64,000 nt of DNA from Candidatus Parcubacteria bacterium. Lineage in GTDB: Bacteria; Patescibacteriota; Saccharimonadia; UBA4664; JBIOIQ01. The notes below the pieces were generated by a model, which was not told where the DNA came from, ran no database searches, and saw only the letters and a list, made by a program, of their open reading frames with translations. The position numbers and the translations under genes were made by a program. Within the stretch, counting starts at the first letter, position 1. Every line of letters begins with the position of its first letter. Below, in pieces: positions 28,370 through 38,115 of the stretch. The stretch is taken from contig OY970378.1 in assembly GCA_963718875.1 (NCBI GenBank), forward strand, positions 947,691 to 1,011,690, read 5' to 3'.

Positions 28370-28825
28370 GTGCATTTTCTGCTTATAGTTTTTGCAGGGG
28401 ATCAAGACCCTCGTTCTGGAACGGCGGAACAGGAGCTGCGACAAGATCCCCGTGTTCTCGAAGTCGTATCAGGGAATGGAGGGGAAGATGCTTTGGGAAG
28501 AATCCAGGAGTGCTTGACCTGCGGTTCCCACACAGAACAGCGTTTGGCCGCACTACATTCAATCAGGCAACGGAAGCCACCCGACATGGGGTACCTTACG
28601 CAAGCCGACTTTCGAGCCTTTTGTCCTGGATTCACAACTCCTGAAGGGGCGGATGAGATTTTTGAAAAGCTATTCACTTCCGCCGGCCCAAACGGCAGTC
28701 AACGGCTGGTAGTTAAAGGCAAGCGGATCCAGATCAGGAGTTTTGTCCAGTACGTCTTTCAGACCGATATCCTTCCCAACGGTTCAGATGCGCTGCTAAC
28801 GGAACTAGCTCGAATGCTGTGCTAA
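28370..28825 (+). CDS. Hypothetical protein
   Basis: 151-aa ORF followed by a hairpin and T-run. Confidence 0.5.
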   Translation: MHFLLIVFAGDQDPRSGTAEQELRQDPRVLEVVSGNGGEDALGRIQECLTCGSHTEQRLAALHSIRQRKPPDMGYLTQADFRAFCPGFTTPEGADEIFEKLFTSAGPNGSQRLVVKGKRIQIRSFVQYVFQTDILPNGSDALLTELARMLC

Positions 28826-28939
28826 CCGGACGCAACAACCCGTTTACGGCGACAAAGGATGCGCCTTAGGCGGGTTCTTTGTTTTTAAGCATAAGGAAAT
28901 CAAGGGAGGCTCCCTCTTAATCCTAACGGTTAGCCGCTA

Positions 28940-30547
28940 TTAGCCCCACTCGATGGTTACTGGGGGTTTGTCGGATATGCGATAGACAACCGAGGCGATC
29001 TCGGGGATTTCATTGGTTATACGACGAGAAACGTAGCGCAGGAAATCGTATGGCAGTTCTGCCCACTCCGCAGTAAAGCCGTTAACACTCCAAACCGCCC
29101 ATAGTGCCAGCACCATGCCGCTGCCGGCATCATCACCTTTGGTATATGTTGCTACTGAGCTGGTTAGGTTAGCTCCGGTTTGCCAAACTGTTTCGTATAA
29201 GTTAGCTTTTCTAAGTTCACTAATGAATATGCCGTCGGCTTTACGGACTATTTTTAACTTTTCGGCTGTGACTTCGCCTTCAATACGCACTACTAAGCCA
29301 GGTCCTGGAAATGGGTGGCGCACCAACAGATCTTCTGGCACTCCAATGCTTCGACCAATAGCCCTGGCGGAATCTTTGACACAATCATCGATGGGCGTAA
29401 GTTCATCGCAAAAAAACCCCAACCCAGTATTGTGATGTAGTCTTGTCTGGGCTTTGCGCGCACCAGACTGATAGCCGAGTCCGCTCTCTGACAGGTCAGT
29501 GTAAATTGTTCCTTGGGCAATGAATTTTGCGTCAAAGTTTTTGGCTTGATCTTCTAAAACCGACTTATAAACACCACGCATGGCTTTACGTTTCTCAAGC
29601 GAATCAGTATGACCAGCGAGAGCCTCCAAAAATAGTTGAGTGGCATCCACGAAAACTAAATCTAAACGGTCAAAATACTTCCTTACAAAAGCCTCGTCGT
29701 CTGGTCTGTCGATACCACGGATGTAAACTGCCCGGATTTGGTCTGGTCTTAGAGCGGCCGAGATTAACCCTTCGACCACCGAAGAATCACTTCCGCCAGA
29801 CAAAGCCAACAAGACCTTGTCTAACCCAACAGTCTCGCGAATTTCAGCTACTTTACGAGCGGCTACATCCTCGGCTGGAAAACGATCTTTGGCCTGACAA
29901 ATGCCAAAGACAAAATTTTCGAACAGACGAGCACCAATGGCTGTAGCCGTAACTTCGGGATGAAACTGTACGCCCCACAAATGCCCCATACGGGCTGCCG
30001 CCACCGGTGCGTTTTCGGTCGAGGCTAGCACTACTAGGCTTGGGTCTTTTTTAACACCCAAGCCATGACTCTGTAATACTGGCTGATCTGTTTTAATGGC
30101 TTTAAATAAGGCACCATCGCCCGGTTTGCTAGATTTAAGCAGAGACAGGCTGTGGGTGCCAAACTCCTTAGTTTCGCTTGGTACGACCAAAATCCCTTTT
30201 TGGTGTGCCCACATTTGAAAACCAAGGCAGATTCCCAAAACCGGAATCCCGAGTTCAAAAATTTTGTTGTCAAACGGAGGCACTTCAATGTGAACTGAAG
30301 CTGGGCCACCCGAAAGTATTATGCCGATAGGTGCCAGTTTTTGGATGTCGACGGCGGAGACTTGAGCCGGATCGGCCACTAGGCAATAGACACCGAGGCG
30401 ATCTAGGTGTTGTTTTATAAGATGGTCAAATTGACTCCCCAAGGCAAAAAGGATGAACAGTTCGCGAGTTTTTCGCACCTGCTTTTCTTCTTCGATTTCA
30501 GCAAGTGTATCCGCTGAGGCGTCAGTTAGGGTTGTAATCACAAGCAT
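28940..30547 (-). CDS. guaA: GMP synthase (glutamine-hydrolysing)
   Basis: GSQF, GICLGFQ, QFHPE, ALSGGSDS, RHPFPGPGL, KPPVTIEW. Confidence 0.95.
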   Translation of the reverse strand: MLVITTLTDASADTLAEIEEEKQVRKTRELFILFALGSQFDHLIKQHLDRLGVYCLVADPAQVSAVDIQKLAPIGIILSGGPASVHIEVPPFDNKIFELGIPVLGICLGFQMWAHQKGILVVPSETKEFGTHSLSLLKSSKPGDGALFKAIKTDQPVLQSHGLGVKKDPSLVVLASTENAPVAAARMGHLWGVQFHPEVTATAIGARLFENFVFGICQAKDRFPAEDVAARKVAEIRETVGLDKVLLALSGGSDSSVVEGLISAALRPDQIRAVYIRGIDRPDDEAFVRKYFDRLDLVFVDATQLFLEALAGHTDSLEKRKAMRGVYKSVLEDQAKNFDAKFIAQGTIYTDLSESGLGYQSGARKAQTRLHHNTGLGFFCDELTPIDDCVKDSARAIGRSIGVPEDLLVRHPFPGPGLVVRIEGEVTAEKLKIVRKADGIFISELRKANLYETVWQTGANLTSSVATYTKGDDAGSGMVLALWAVWSVNGFTAEWAELPYDFLRYVSRRITNEIPEIASVVYRISDKPPVTIEWG

Positions 30548-30663
30548 TGCCTTTCTTCCTTATCGTACCTAAAAGTCTTAAGCGTCGCAATCACTTGCAA
30601 TAATGTCAATCTGGGGCTAATCTGTAATAGTTCTTGTTTCTCAACCCAGGAGGACTGGCAGAA

Positions 30664-31275
30664 ATGGCTCAGTCACAGGTAACGTCCCAACCCGAAGTAG
30701 ACAGAGGTTTGTGGACCGTACCTAACGCGATCTCCATCCTCCGTCCGATCGCCATCATCCCGGCTCTCATCAAACTGTCGGACTCGATAGACCGCCCAAC
30801 CAGGGCCTGGTGGTCGTTTGTGATTGCCGGTATCATACTGGGTCTTGACGTTGTGGACGGGTGGATCGCTCGTCACTACCACCAAACCAGCCGAATCGGA
30901 AAGCTGATTGACCCAACCGCCGATAAACTTGTCGGCTTCACCTGCCTTGGATTCATGCTGGTAGTTCTCAGCAACAAAGCTGGAACTGGATTTTTCGCTG
31001 CCCTCTTGGGCATCGTAGCCATTCGGCTGGTGCAGGATCTCGTTTCGTTTTTCCTATACGTGCGGGACTGGAAGGCGAACCAAGTCAAGGGATCGAATTT
31101 CCCCGGGAAGGTCAAGACTTGGGCCGAACTGATCGGATCTGCGCTGGGACTCGCCTGGCTGATGAGTAAGGGCTCGGAGCAGGCCAACATCAGCGCGCTG
31201 CTCGTGATAATAGGCTGCTCTATCTCGGCTGGGGCCGCGACAATCAGCCTACGTCGCAAGTTGACTTCGCGTTAG
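30664..31275 (+). CDS. CDP-alcohol phosphatidyltransferase (PgsA-like)
   Basis: PNAISILR and DVVDGWIAR...GKLIDPTADK signature. Confidence 0.88.
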   Translation: MAQSQVTSQPEVDRGLWTVPNAISILRPIAIIPALIKLSDSIDRPTRAWWSFVIAGIILGLDVVDGWIARHYHQTSRIGKLIDPTADKLVGFTCLGFMLVVLSNKAGTGFFAALLGIVAIRLVQDLVSFFLYVRDWKANQVKGSNFPGKVKTWAELIGSALGLAWLMSKGSEQANISALLVIIGCSISAGAATISLRRKLTSR

Positions 31276-31376
31276 GGGTTGCAAAACAAAGCTCAATAAG
31301 CGGCCCTCCGGAGTTTTCGGAGGGCCGCTTCTCATTGTGGAGGTTAGGATGACGATAATATGATAGTATGTAAACC

Positions 31377-31850
31377 ATGAAGAAAAGCGCCAAAGCAACG
31401 GTCGTAGGGTTTAGCCTGGTAGGGGTTGTACTAATTATAATGGCCGTTTTTGCACTTCAACCCAAAGCCAAGAACGCTGCTACATCAACATCAACTGATC
31501 AAGGAACAAAAAAAGTGGATACAAATGCTAAATTAGAATCAATTGATGAAGTTGTCGGCACCGGAGCCGAAGCCAAAGTGGACGCAAACATTACTGTAAA
31601 ATACACTGGCAAGTTAGCTGATGGCACAGTATTTGATTCAACCGAAAAACAGGGCGGAACACCCGCAACTTTTCAGCTTTCTCAAGGCAGGCTAATTGAC
31701 GGTTGGGTACAAGGTATTCCCGGTATGAAAGTTGGCGGCAAGCGAAAATTAGTGATTCCTCCGGCGCTTGGTTACGGCGACCGCCCCAATGGCAGCATAC
31801 CGGCCAACTCGACCCTGACGTTCGAGATCGAACTGATCGACGTCAAATAA
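31377..31850 (+). CDS. FKBP-type peptidyl-prolyl isomerase with N-terminal anchor
   Basis: YTGKLADGTVFDS, GMKVGGKRKLVIPPALGYG, IPANSTLTFEIEL. Confidence 0.95.
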   Translation: MKKSAKATVVGFSLVGVVLIIMAVFALQPKAKNAATSTSTDQGTKKVDTNAKLESIDEVVGTGAEAKVDANITVKYTGKLADGTVFDSTEKQGGTPATFQLSQGRLIDGWVQGIPGMKVGGKRKLVIPPALGYGDRPNGSIPANSTLTFEIELIDVK

Positions 31851-31988
31851 TTACAAAAAACATTATCTTTTTTCTTTTTTATTTGTAATTTGTTCTAATT
31901 TCGTGAAAAAAGTTTTATAATTCAGGTGACTCTGATTTATTGTCCTTGTTGACCACGTACTTACTCATGAGCCCTTAAGGGGGATAAA

Positions 31989-32294
31989 TTGCCATCGTCA
32001 TTTCGAGGTACCGATATAGGCCTGAGGAGCTCCGATCTCGCCGGTCTTCCTCCCGAAACACCGCTCGTTTTGGTCCGCGGCACCACTAGAGAAGTTGTAT
32101 TGCTCGTCGCAGTGGTGCCGCTTGAGGTAGGCGCATTCAACTCTCCTCGCAACATTGCCATCGTACAGAGGCAAGAAGGGGGCAGAATCGCGCTGCTTCT
32201 CTCGGACTGGCTGGCCGAAGCGACGGAGGGCGTATGGAACTGGAGAGAACAGTACATCGATCGAGTGCCAGCTCAGACATCGATATTCGCATAA
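31989..32294 (+). CDS. Hypothetical protein
   Basis: AAGGGGG RBS before TTG; hairpin at 32323-32360. Confidence 0.5.
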   Translation: MPSSFRGTDIGLRSSDLAGLPPETPLVLVRGTTREVVLLVAVVPLEVGAFNSPRNIAIVQRQEGGRIALLLSDWLAEATEGVWNWREQYIDRVPAQTSIFA

Positions 32295-32387
32295 CCGCGT
32301 ACTTATGCGGATGCCGTCTAATCAAGGGACGGTGGGCCTCAAGGCCTGCCGTCCCTGACGCTTTTTACAAGTTACCTACTTTATTTC

Positions 32388-32430
32388 TGGATCCCCTATC
32401 CGGAGCGCTATGCTTCCGATAGGGGACGAC
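32388..32430. repeat. REP-like family C (CCCTATCCGGAGC...TTCCGATAGGG)
   Basis: Siblings at 34996-35059, 36239-36287, 45010-45063, 51378-51443 and 15279-15341. Confidence 0.85.
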
Positions 32431-32444
32431 AAAAATGTGTATTT

Positions 32445-32858
32445 TTATGGTAGCAAGTGATGGGTCTGCAAGAAGCGCACCAAGTTAGGATAAAGCTTAG
32501 ATTTAATGACATCGGGGCTAAACCAATCCGAATGTTCTTCGCCACGACGAGTGTATTTTATGGGGCTAGCTAAAAATATTGTTAACGCAATGGCTTCTTT
32601 AGTAATAGGATGGGCGTAACGGAATTCTCCTAGAGACTTTTCAATCCGCACTTCCCAGCCACTCTCCTCCAGGGTTTCGCGAGCGGCAGTTTCCTCAAGC
32701 GTTTCACCAACTTCGGCGTGGCCCTTGGGCAAGCTCCAATAGACATACCGGGAATCTTTCGATAGTAGCATGCGCCCATGAGTGTCAATTACTACGCAGC
32801 CGGCTTTCTTGGTTTCTCCAGCTTCATTTAATACTGGAATTTGTTCTGGATTGGACAA
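32445..32858 (-). CDS. NUDIX hydrolase
   Basis: PKGHAEVGETLEETAARETLEESG Nudix box. Confidence 0.92.
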   Translation of the reverse strand: MSNPEQIPVLNEAGETKKAGCVVIDTHGRMLLSKDSRYVYWSLPKGHAEVGETLEETAARETLEESGWEVRIEKSLGEFRYAHPITKEAIALTIFLASPIKYTRRGEEHSDWFSPDVIKSKLYPNLVRFLQTHHLLP

Positions 32859-32926
32859 TTTATGTGCTCAACTTTCAATTATTTTGTGAACATCCAACTG
32901 ATATGACCGTGGTATCTGGTACAACA

Positions 32927-34906
32927 TTACTCGAGTACAGCTTTGATTCTCCGGATACCGGCCGATGAGGCTTCTTCTTTGGTAATTTTGAATTTACCCA
33001 AAGTTCCGGTGTGCTCCACATGCGGCCCCCCGCAGATTTCCTGACTGTACCACTCCCCGACTGGATCGCCAGCAGTGTAAACTTTGACTGTGTCGCCGTA
33101 TTTATGGCCGAATGCCCCCAAGACCCCTCGTTTTAGTGCACCTTGTGTGTCTTCTTCCCTCCAACTCATTGGCCAGTCTTTGGCGATGTTTTCGTTGACG
33201 ATGCGCTCGATTTCTTTGATTTGCTCTGGAGTAACTTTTTCGGGATGGCTAAAATCAAAGCGCAAGCGCTCGGGAGTAATATTGCTACCGCGCTGAGTAA
33301 CGTGATCGCCCAGGACGAGACGCAGGGCTTTGTACATTAGGTGGGTGGCGGTGTGGTATTTGGTGCTCATCTCGCTGTGATCAGCCAAGCCGCCTTTAAA
33401 CTGGCCTTGAGTGGCGGTGCGAGAGCGTTCCTTTTGCTCGGCCATCAATTTATCGAAGTCCGCTTTCCAATTTGGATCAATTTCAACCTTTAAACGATCC
33501 GCTTCTTCAAGGCTCAACTCAAAAGGAAACCCGTAAGTGTCGAATAATTCGAATATAACTTTGCCTGTTATTTTATTGCCTGAGCCTTGCCTGCCGGCAG
33601 GCAGGCTTGTCGAAGGCTCTAAATCGGCGGCGCCCTTCGACTCCGTTATCACTTTGCTCAGGGAATATTTTGGACCCCCGGAGACACGGCGTTCGAATTC
33701 TCTAATCCCCTTCTCCAGCGTTGTGCGAAACTGAGTCTCCTCGCGCATCAGCACATCCATGACTTCGTTCTCGCGTTCTTTGACTTCCGGGTAGGCTTCG
33801 CGATAAATACCGGTGATGACGGGGACGATTTGGTCCATAAAGTCTTCGCGCAGATCTAAGACAAGAGCTTGACGGATGGCGCGGCGAATAAAGCGGCGCA
33901 TCACATATCCCTGAGCAGTGTTGGATGGTACGACTCCGTCGACGGCCAGGAAAGTAGCGGCGCGAAGGTGGTCGGCAATAATACGCATGGCGTTGGTCTG
34001 GTCGGCGTAATCAAAACCGGACAACTCCTGAAGTTTTTCGATGATGGGCCAAAGGACACTAATTTTAAACATATCGGGAGAATTGATGGCTGCGGCGGCG
34101 ATGCGCTCTAACCCGCCACCAAAATCTACGTTTTGACGAGGCAATTCATAGATTCCGCCGTCTTCGCTTTTAAGATATTGCATAAAGACCGAGTTACCGA
34201 TTTCCATGAAACGCCCGCAATCACAGTTAGGATGACAATGCTTGCCCCATTTAGAATCGTGCTCTACTTCATCGAATAGATAGAAAACTTCCGCGCAAGG
34301 ACCGCACGGATCGCCTACTGGCGTGGTTTCAGGACCTTTTTCACCGCGATTCCACCAGTTCTTCTTGGCCTCGTATAAAAAAATGCGCTCGCCATCTTTA
34401 ACGCCGCGCTCATAGCCGTCACCTTCTGATCCGATTTCAGCCACTTGCGGCTCTATGCCCTTCACTTTGTATAGTTTTTTCCAAATTTCAACTGACTCGG
34501 TATCTTGGGGGATATTGTATTTTTTATCACCGATGAAGGCTGTTACATAAAGCTTCTCCGGATTAAGCCCGATCGTATCAGTCAGGAACTCCCAAAACCA
34601 TGGTAACTCCTCGTCTTTAAAATATTCACCAAGACTCCAGTTACCTAGCATTTCGAACAAAGTAGTGTGTCGATTGTCCCCTACTTCGTCAATATCTTCA
34701 GCCCGAAAACAAGGTTGAGAATCAACTAACCTTGTACCCTGAGGATGTTTCTCACCCAGCAGATATGGCACAAGCGGCTGCATGCCTGAACCGGTAAAAA
34801 GAGTGGTGGCGTCTTCGGCCGGCACCAAGTTAGACCGCGGGATAATGGTGTGTCCGCGGTCGGTGAAAAACTGTAAAAATTTGGAACGAATTTCCTCGGT
34901 AGTCAT
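32927..34906 (-). CDS. alaS: Alanyl-tRNA synthetase, short form lacking C-Ala, with repeat-derived insertion
   Basis: LFTGSGMQ, HTTLFEMLGNWS, DFGGGLER, HTATHL, EICGGPHV; ends at RRIKAVLE. Confidence 0.96.
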   Translation of the reverse strand: MTTEEIRSKFLQFFTDRGHTIIPRSNLVPAEDATTLFTGSGMQPLVPYLLGEKHPQGTRLVDSQPCFRAEDIDEVGDNRHTTLFEMLGNWSLGEYFKDEELPWFWEFLTDTIGLNPEKLYVTAFIGDKKYNIPQDTESVEIWKKLYKVKGIEPQVAEIGSEGDGYERGVKDGERIFLYEAKKNWWNRGEKGPETTPVGDPCGPCAEVFYLFDEVEHDSKWGKHCHPNCDCGRFMEIGNSVFMQYLKSEDGGIYELPRQNVDFGGGLERIAAAAINSPDMFKISVLWPIIEKLQELSGFDYADQTNAMRIIADHLRAATFLAVDGVVPSNTAQGYVMRRFIRRAIRQALVLDLREDFMDQIVPVITGIYREAYPEVKERENEVMDVLMREETQFRTTLEKGIREFERRVSGGPKYSLSKVITESKGAADLEPSTSLPAGRQGSGNKITGKVIFELFDTYGFPFELSLEEADRLKVEIDPNWKADFDKLMAEQKERSRTATQGQFKGGLADHSEMSTKYHTATHLMYKALRLVLGDHVTQRGSNITPERLRFDFSHPEKVTPEQIKEIERIVNENIAKDWPMSWREEDTQGALKRGVLGAFGHKYGDTVKVYTAGDPVGEWYSQEICGGPHVEHTGTLGKFKITKEEASSAGIRRIKAVLE

Positions 34907-35133
34907 GACGACTATTGTACCCTAGAAAGTGGTTTTTTTGAACCTGTGCGCTCAATACCCAACCTCAAACTGTCATCCTCGATCTGAGCGTCGGCTGGAT
35001 TCCCTATCCGGAGCACCAAACTAGGCAATGGTGGAGTTTGGCTACCGATAGGGAATGACGGATGTTTGTCTTGTGGCTGACGATTGAATAATCTCATGAG
35101 ACTGCTTTATCGCAAACGCTCTTCGCAGCGACG

Positions 35134-36186
35134 CTAGGCGATAATTCCGCCGCCGACTACGCGTGTGCCATCGTAAATGACGGCTGATTGGCCCGGAGTG
35201 ATGGCGCGGTCGGTGCGATCCATATTAATATGAAATCCGTCATCGCTCTGGGTAAGTTCACAACCAATGAGCGGGGCCCGATAGCGTGTTCTAACATGAT
35301 AGCGCCCAGGATGAGGTGAGCCATTGATCCAATGTTGGTCTGTTATATCAAATTGGTTCGATAGCAAGGTTAGGTCTGATGGGTCGTCGGTAACTGTAAC
35401 GGTGTTCGCCCTCATATTTTTACGGATGACATAAAACGGTTTACCGCCCCCGACGCGTAAGCCATGGCGTTGGCCGATAGTATAAAATATGGCGCCTTCG
35501 TGGGTGCCTAGTGTTTTACCTCTTTTGTCGACAATGTCTCCGGGAAACGTACTAACGTACTGGCGCAAAAAGTCCCGTAATCCAACTTCTCCTACGAAAC
35601 AAAGACCTTGTGAATCTGGCTTGTTGGCCGTCGGCAAGCCAAACTCTTCGGCAAGTTCGCGAATCTTAGGCTTGGTATATTCCCCCACCGGCATAAGAGT
35701 TTTTTGTAATGCGCTAGCCGAAACGCGATGCAGAAAGTAGGTTTGATCTTTGGTCGTGTCGATGGCGGAATGGAGCTCGTCACCATTTAATACTTGTGCG
35801 TAGTGACCGGTGGCAATTTTGTCGGCTCCATCAGCAAAAGCCGCATCCAAAAACAGTTTAAACTTAATTTCTTGGTTACACATAATATCGGGGTTTGGTG
35901 TCCGCCCAGCTTGGTATTCAATAACCATATAATCGACAACTTTTTGCTTATACTGATCTTGAAAGTCATATGTTTTCAAGGGGATGTCTAAAACGGCTGC
36001 CACTGCTTTGGCGCTTGCAAGATCTTCTTTCCAGGGGCACTCAACACCGGCCACATCCTGGGTCCAGTTTTGCATATATACTCCAGTTACATCATAGCTC
36101 TGTTGTTGCAACAAGGCTGCCGCCACAGAGCTATCTACGCCGCCGCTTAAACCAACGAATACTTTTTTGACATCATCTTTGATCAT
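35134..36186 (-). CDS. mnmA: tRNA 2-thiouridylase MnmA
   Basis: SGGVDS, TPNPDIMCN, ATGHYA, KDQTYFL, DSQGLCF, TPGQ. Confidence 0.96.
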   Translation of the reverse strand: MIKDDVKKVFVGLSGGVDSSVAAALLQQQSYDVTGVYMQNWTQDVAGVECPWKEDLASAKAVAAVLDIPLKTYDFQDQYKQKVVDYMVIEYQAGRTPNPDIMCNQEIKFKLFLDAAFADGADKIATGHYAQVLNGDELHSAIDTTKDQTYFLHRVSASALQKTLMPVGEYTKPKIRELAEEFGLPTANKPDSQGLCFVGEVGLRDFLRQYVSTFPGDIVDKRGKTLGTHEGAIFYTIGQRHGLRVGGGKPFYVIRKNMRANTVTVTDDPSDLTLLSNQFDITDQHWINGSPHPGRYHVRTRYRAPLIGCELTQSDDGFHINMDRTDRAITPGQSAVIYDGTRVVGGGIIA

Positions 36187-36432
36187 TACGGAATATTACT
36201 GGGTGAGGGGTTAAATGACAAGCTATTCGTGTTTTGCCTGGATCCCCTATCCGGAGCGCTCCTGTCTCGCTTCCGATAGGGGATGACAAGGGGGAGGGGT
36301 TGAACCTAGCTTCCAATAAGGGGCGACAGTGGGGAAGGGTTGGCGCTGACTTTGAAGGAAAAATGTGCCCAGGCATAGAATTGCACACTTTGATGCAGTT
36401 CAAGATGAGACTGATGCCCGATGAATTAATCT

Positions 36433-36554
36433 GGGGCTTGCGCAATTGAATGCAGTTCGAGGAAAGCCGAGCATCGCAAATGAGGCGTACTTAGAGGTAC
36501 GACGAATGCGAAGCGCAGGCCTTGACAATGAAATGCGCCAATTGTGCAAGCCCC
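36433..36554. repeat. 122-bp fold-back MITE-like element (family D)
   Basis: Terminal IRs GGGGCTTGCGCAATTG / CAATTGTGCAAGCCCC and central CGTAC-N6-GTACG. Confidence 0.75.
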
Positions 36555-37508
36555 TTAGTCGGTGAAGTTTTGAGTGACCATAAGGCCATAAGGGCCGCCG
36601 TCAATAATACCAATACCGACTGTATTATAATTGGGTGACAAAATATTAGCTTTGTGACCTGGCGAGTTCATGAGGCCATTGTGCGCCAAATTTAGAGTGG
36701 GGGCTAAGGCCAAATTTTCACCGGCTGCTCCAAACTCAACCTTGCCGGCTTTCATGCGATCAAATGGGGTTAGACCTTCGGGAGTAATGTGTGAAAAATA
36801 TCCACGCGCAAACATATCAATGCTGTGGGACCGAGCCACTTTTTGAGCAGTTGGGTTTGCTACCAGTGCATTAAGCCCCCGGCTGGTACGCTCGCGGTTT
36901 ACCAGTACTAACATCCGTATCTCATCAACTTGGTCAACTTTGACATTGGTAGTAGTAAATCCCAACTCAACTGTTTTTTCGCTTTCAGGCTCAACAGTAA
37001 AAAAGTTGAGCGAATCGTTAATGGCGTGACCAAACTGACGATTAAAAGCTTGTTGCAGGCCGCCACTATATGATAAGAGCACGCGAGGAATAGCTGCCGA
37101 AGTAACTATTTGTTTTTGGTTAGCCGTAATAGGTAGTGCAGCAAATACTACCAATCCCAGCATGACAAAAATTACTGTCCGAAATACATTTACAGCCGCT
37201 CCGGCCGCAAGATTTAATGGCGATGTTAGTAATTGAGAAGGAAGTTTACGTAAAAAATAGTTTATGACTAGAGCGAAGGTTAGTTGGAACAGCGCTATCA
37301 CTAATAAAAAAGCAATGGCGTCGCTAAACGATGGAATGATTTTGAATTGAGTTGAAATAAGTTGCGCTAATGCCTTATGGCTTAAAGCCGCTATTATCAA
37401 TGCTACTGCTAACCCAGCCAAGTCAGTTGCTACCGTTATAAACCCCCGCTTGTAGCCCATAACCCCACCTAAGATAAGTAAGCCAATTATGATTAGGTTG
37501 ACTATCAT
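36555..37508 (-). CDS. CvpA-like membrane domain fused to a CAP/SCP domain
   Basis: GYKRGF TM region; LVNRER, HSIDM, GENLA, MNSPGHKANIL. Confidence 0.88.
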   Translation of the reverse strand: MIVNLIIIGLLILGGVMGYKRGFITVATDLAGLAVALIIAALSHKALAQLISTQFKIIPSFSDAIAFLLVIALFQLTFALVINYFLRKLPSQLLTSPLNLAAGAAVNVFRTVIFVMLGLVVFAALPITANQKQIVTSAAIPRVLLSYSGGLQQAFNRQFGHAINDSLNFFTVEPESEKTVELGFTTTNVKVDQVDEIRMLVLVNRERTSRGLNALVANPTAQKVARSHSIDMFARGYFSHITPEGLTPFDRMKAGKVEFGAAGENLALAPTLNLAHNGLMNSPGHKANILSPNYNTVGIGIIDGGPYGLMVTQNFTD

Positions 37509-38098
37509 AATTTTTTCTCAAATAGCATGGTGTAAATAGTTTTTTGCAGCTCCGAAAACGTTAAAGACCGGCTATAATCGGTGGCCCACCAATTTGCTCT
37601 GCGCCAACTTTTATCAGTAGTTGAGTGGTTAAGAACGACGACATCGCGGTCCAGCGCTGCCCGGAAAGCCGTGCTGGCGCGTCTCTGATGGTATGGCGAT
37701 GTAACGAGTATGACCTTATGATAATGGCCCTTCTTAACTAGATTGCTCACGCCGATGGCATTTTGATCCGTATTTATGGACGTCTCATCGAGCATAATTG
37801 CACTTGCCGGAACATTATGGTCTAGGGCAATTTGGCGCATAGCGCGGGCATTAGATGGGCTGTGGGGGTCGAGAGCCGCACCGGAAAAGATGATATGAGG
37901 CGCCCAGCCATCCTGATAAAGTCTTATTGCTTCCAGAGTACGCGAATCCGTTTCTCCACCACTAATGGCAACTATGGCATCACTTTTGGACAGTGAGCTT
38001 TGCGGGGATAAAAAAAACCCCAAACCCAAAAATGCGCTTACCCCTAGAAAAAGTAGACATATAAAAATTCCCAACACGATTTTCGTAGAACGTCTCAC
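37505..38098 (-). CDS. YdcF/DUF218 family protein
   Basis: DAIVAISG, IIFSG, SINTDQNA, LVTSPYHQRRA. Confidence 0.88.
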   Translation of the reverse strand: MRRSTKIVLGIFICLLFLGVSAFLGLGFFLSPQSSLSKSDAIVAISGGETDSRTLEAIRLYQDGWAPHIIFSGAALDPHSPSNARAMRQIALDHNVPASAIMLDETSINTDQNAIGVSNLVKKGHYHKVILVTSPYHQRRASTAFRAALDRDVVVLNHSTTDKSWRRANWWATDYSRSLTFSELQKTIYTMLFEKKL

Positions 38099-38115
38099 GT
38101 AGGTATTGTAGCCAC

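Noticed and set aside
34912-36449. Short ORFs 34912-35097, 36173-36445 and 36234-36449
   Set aside because: Overlap family C/D repeats and lack protein-like features
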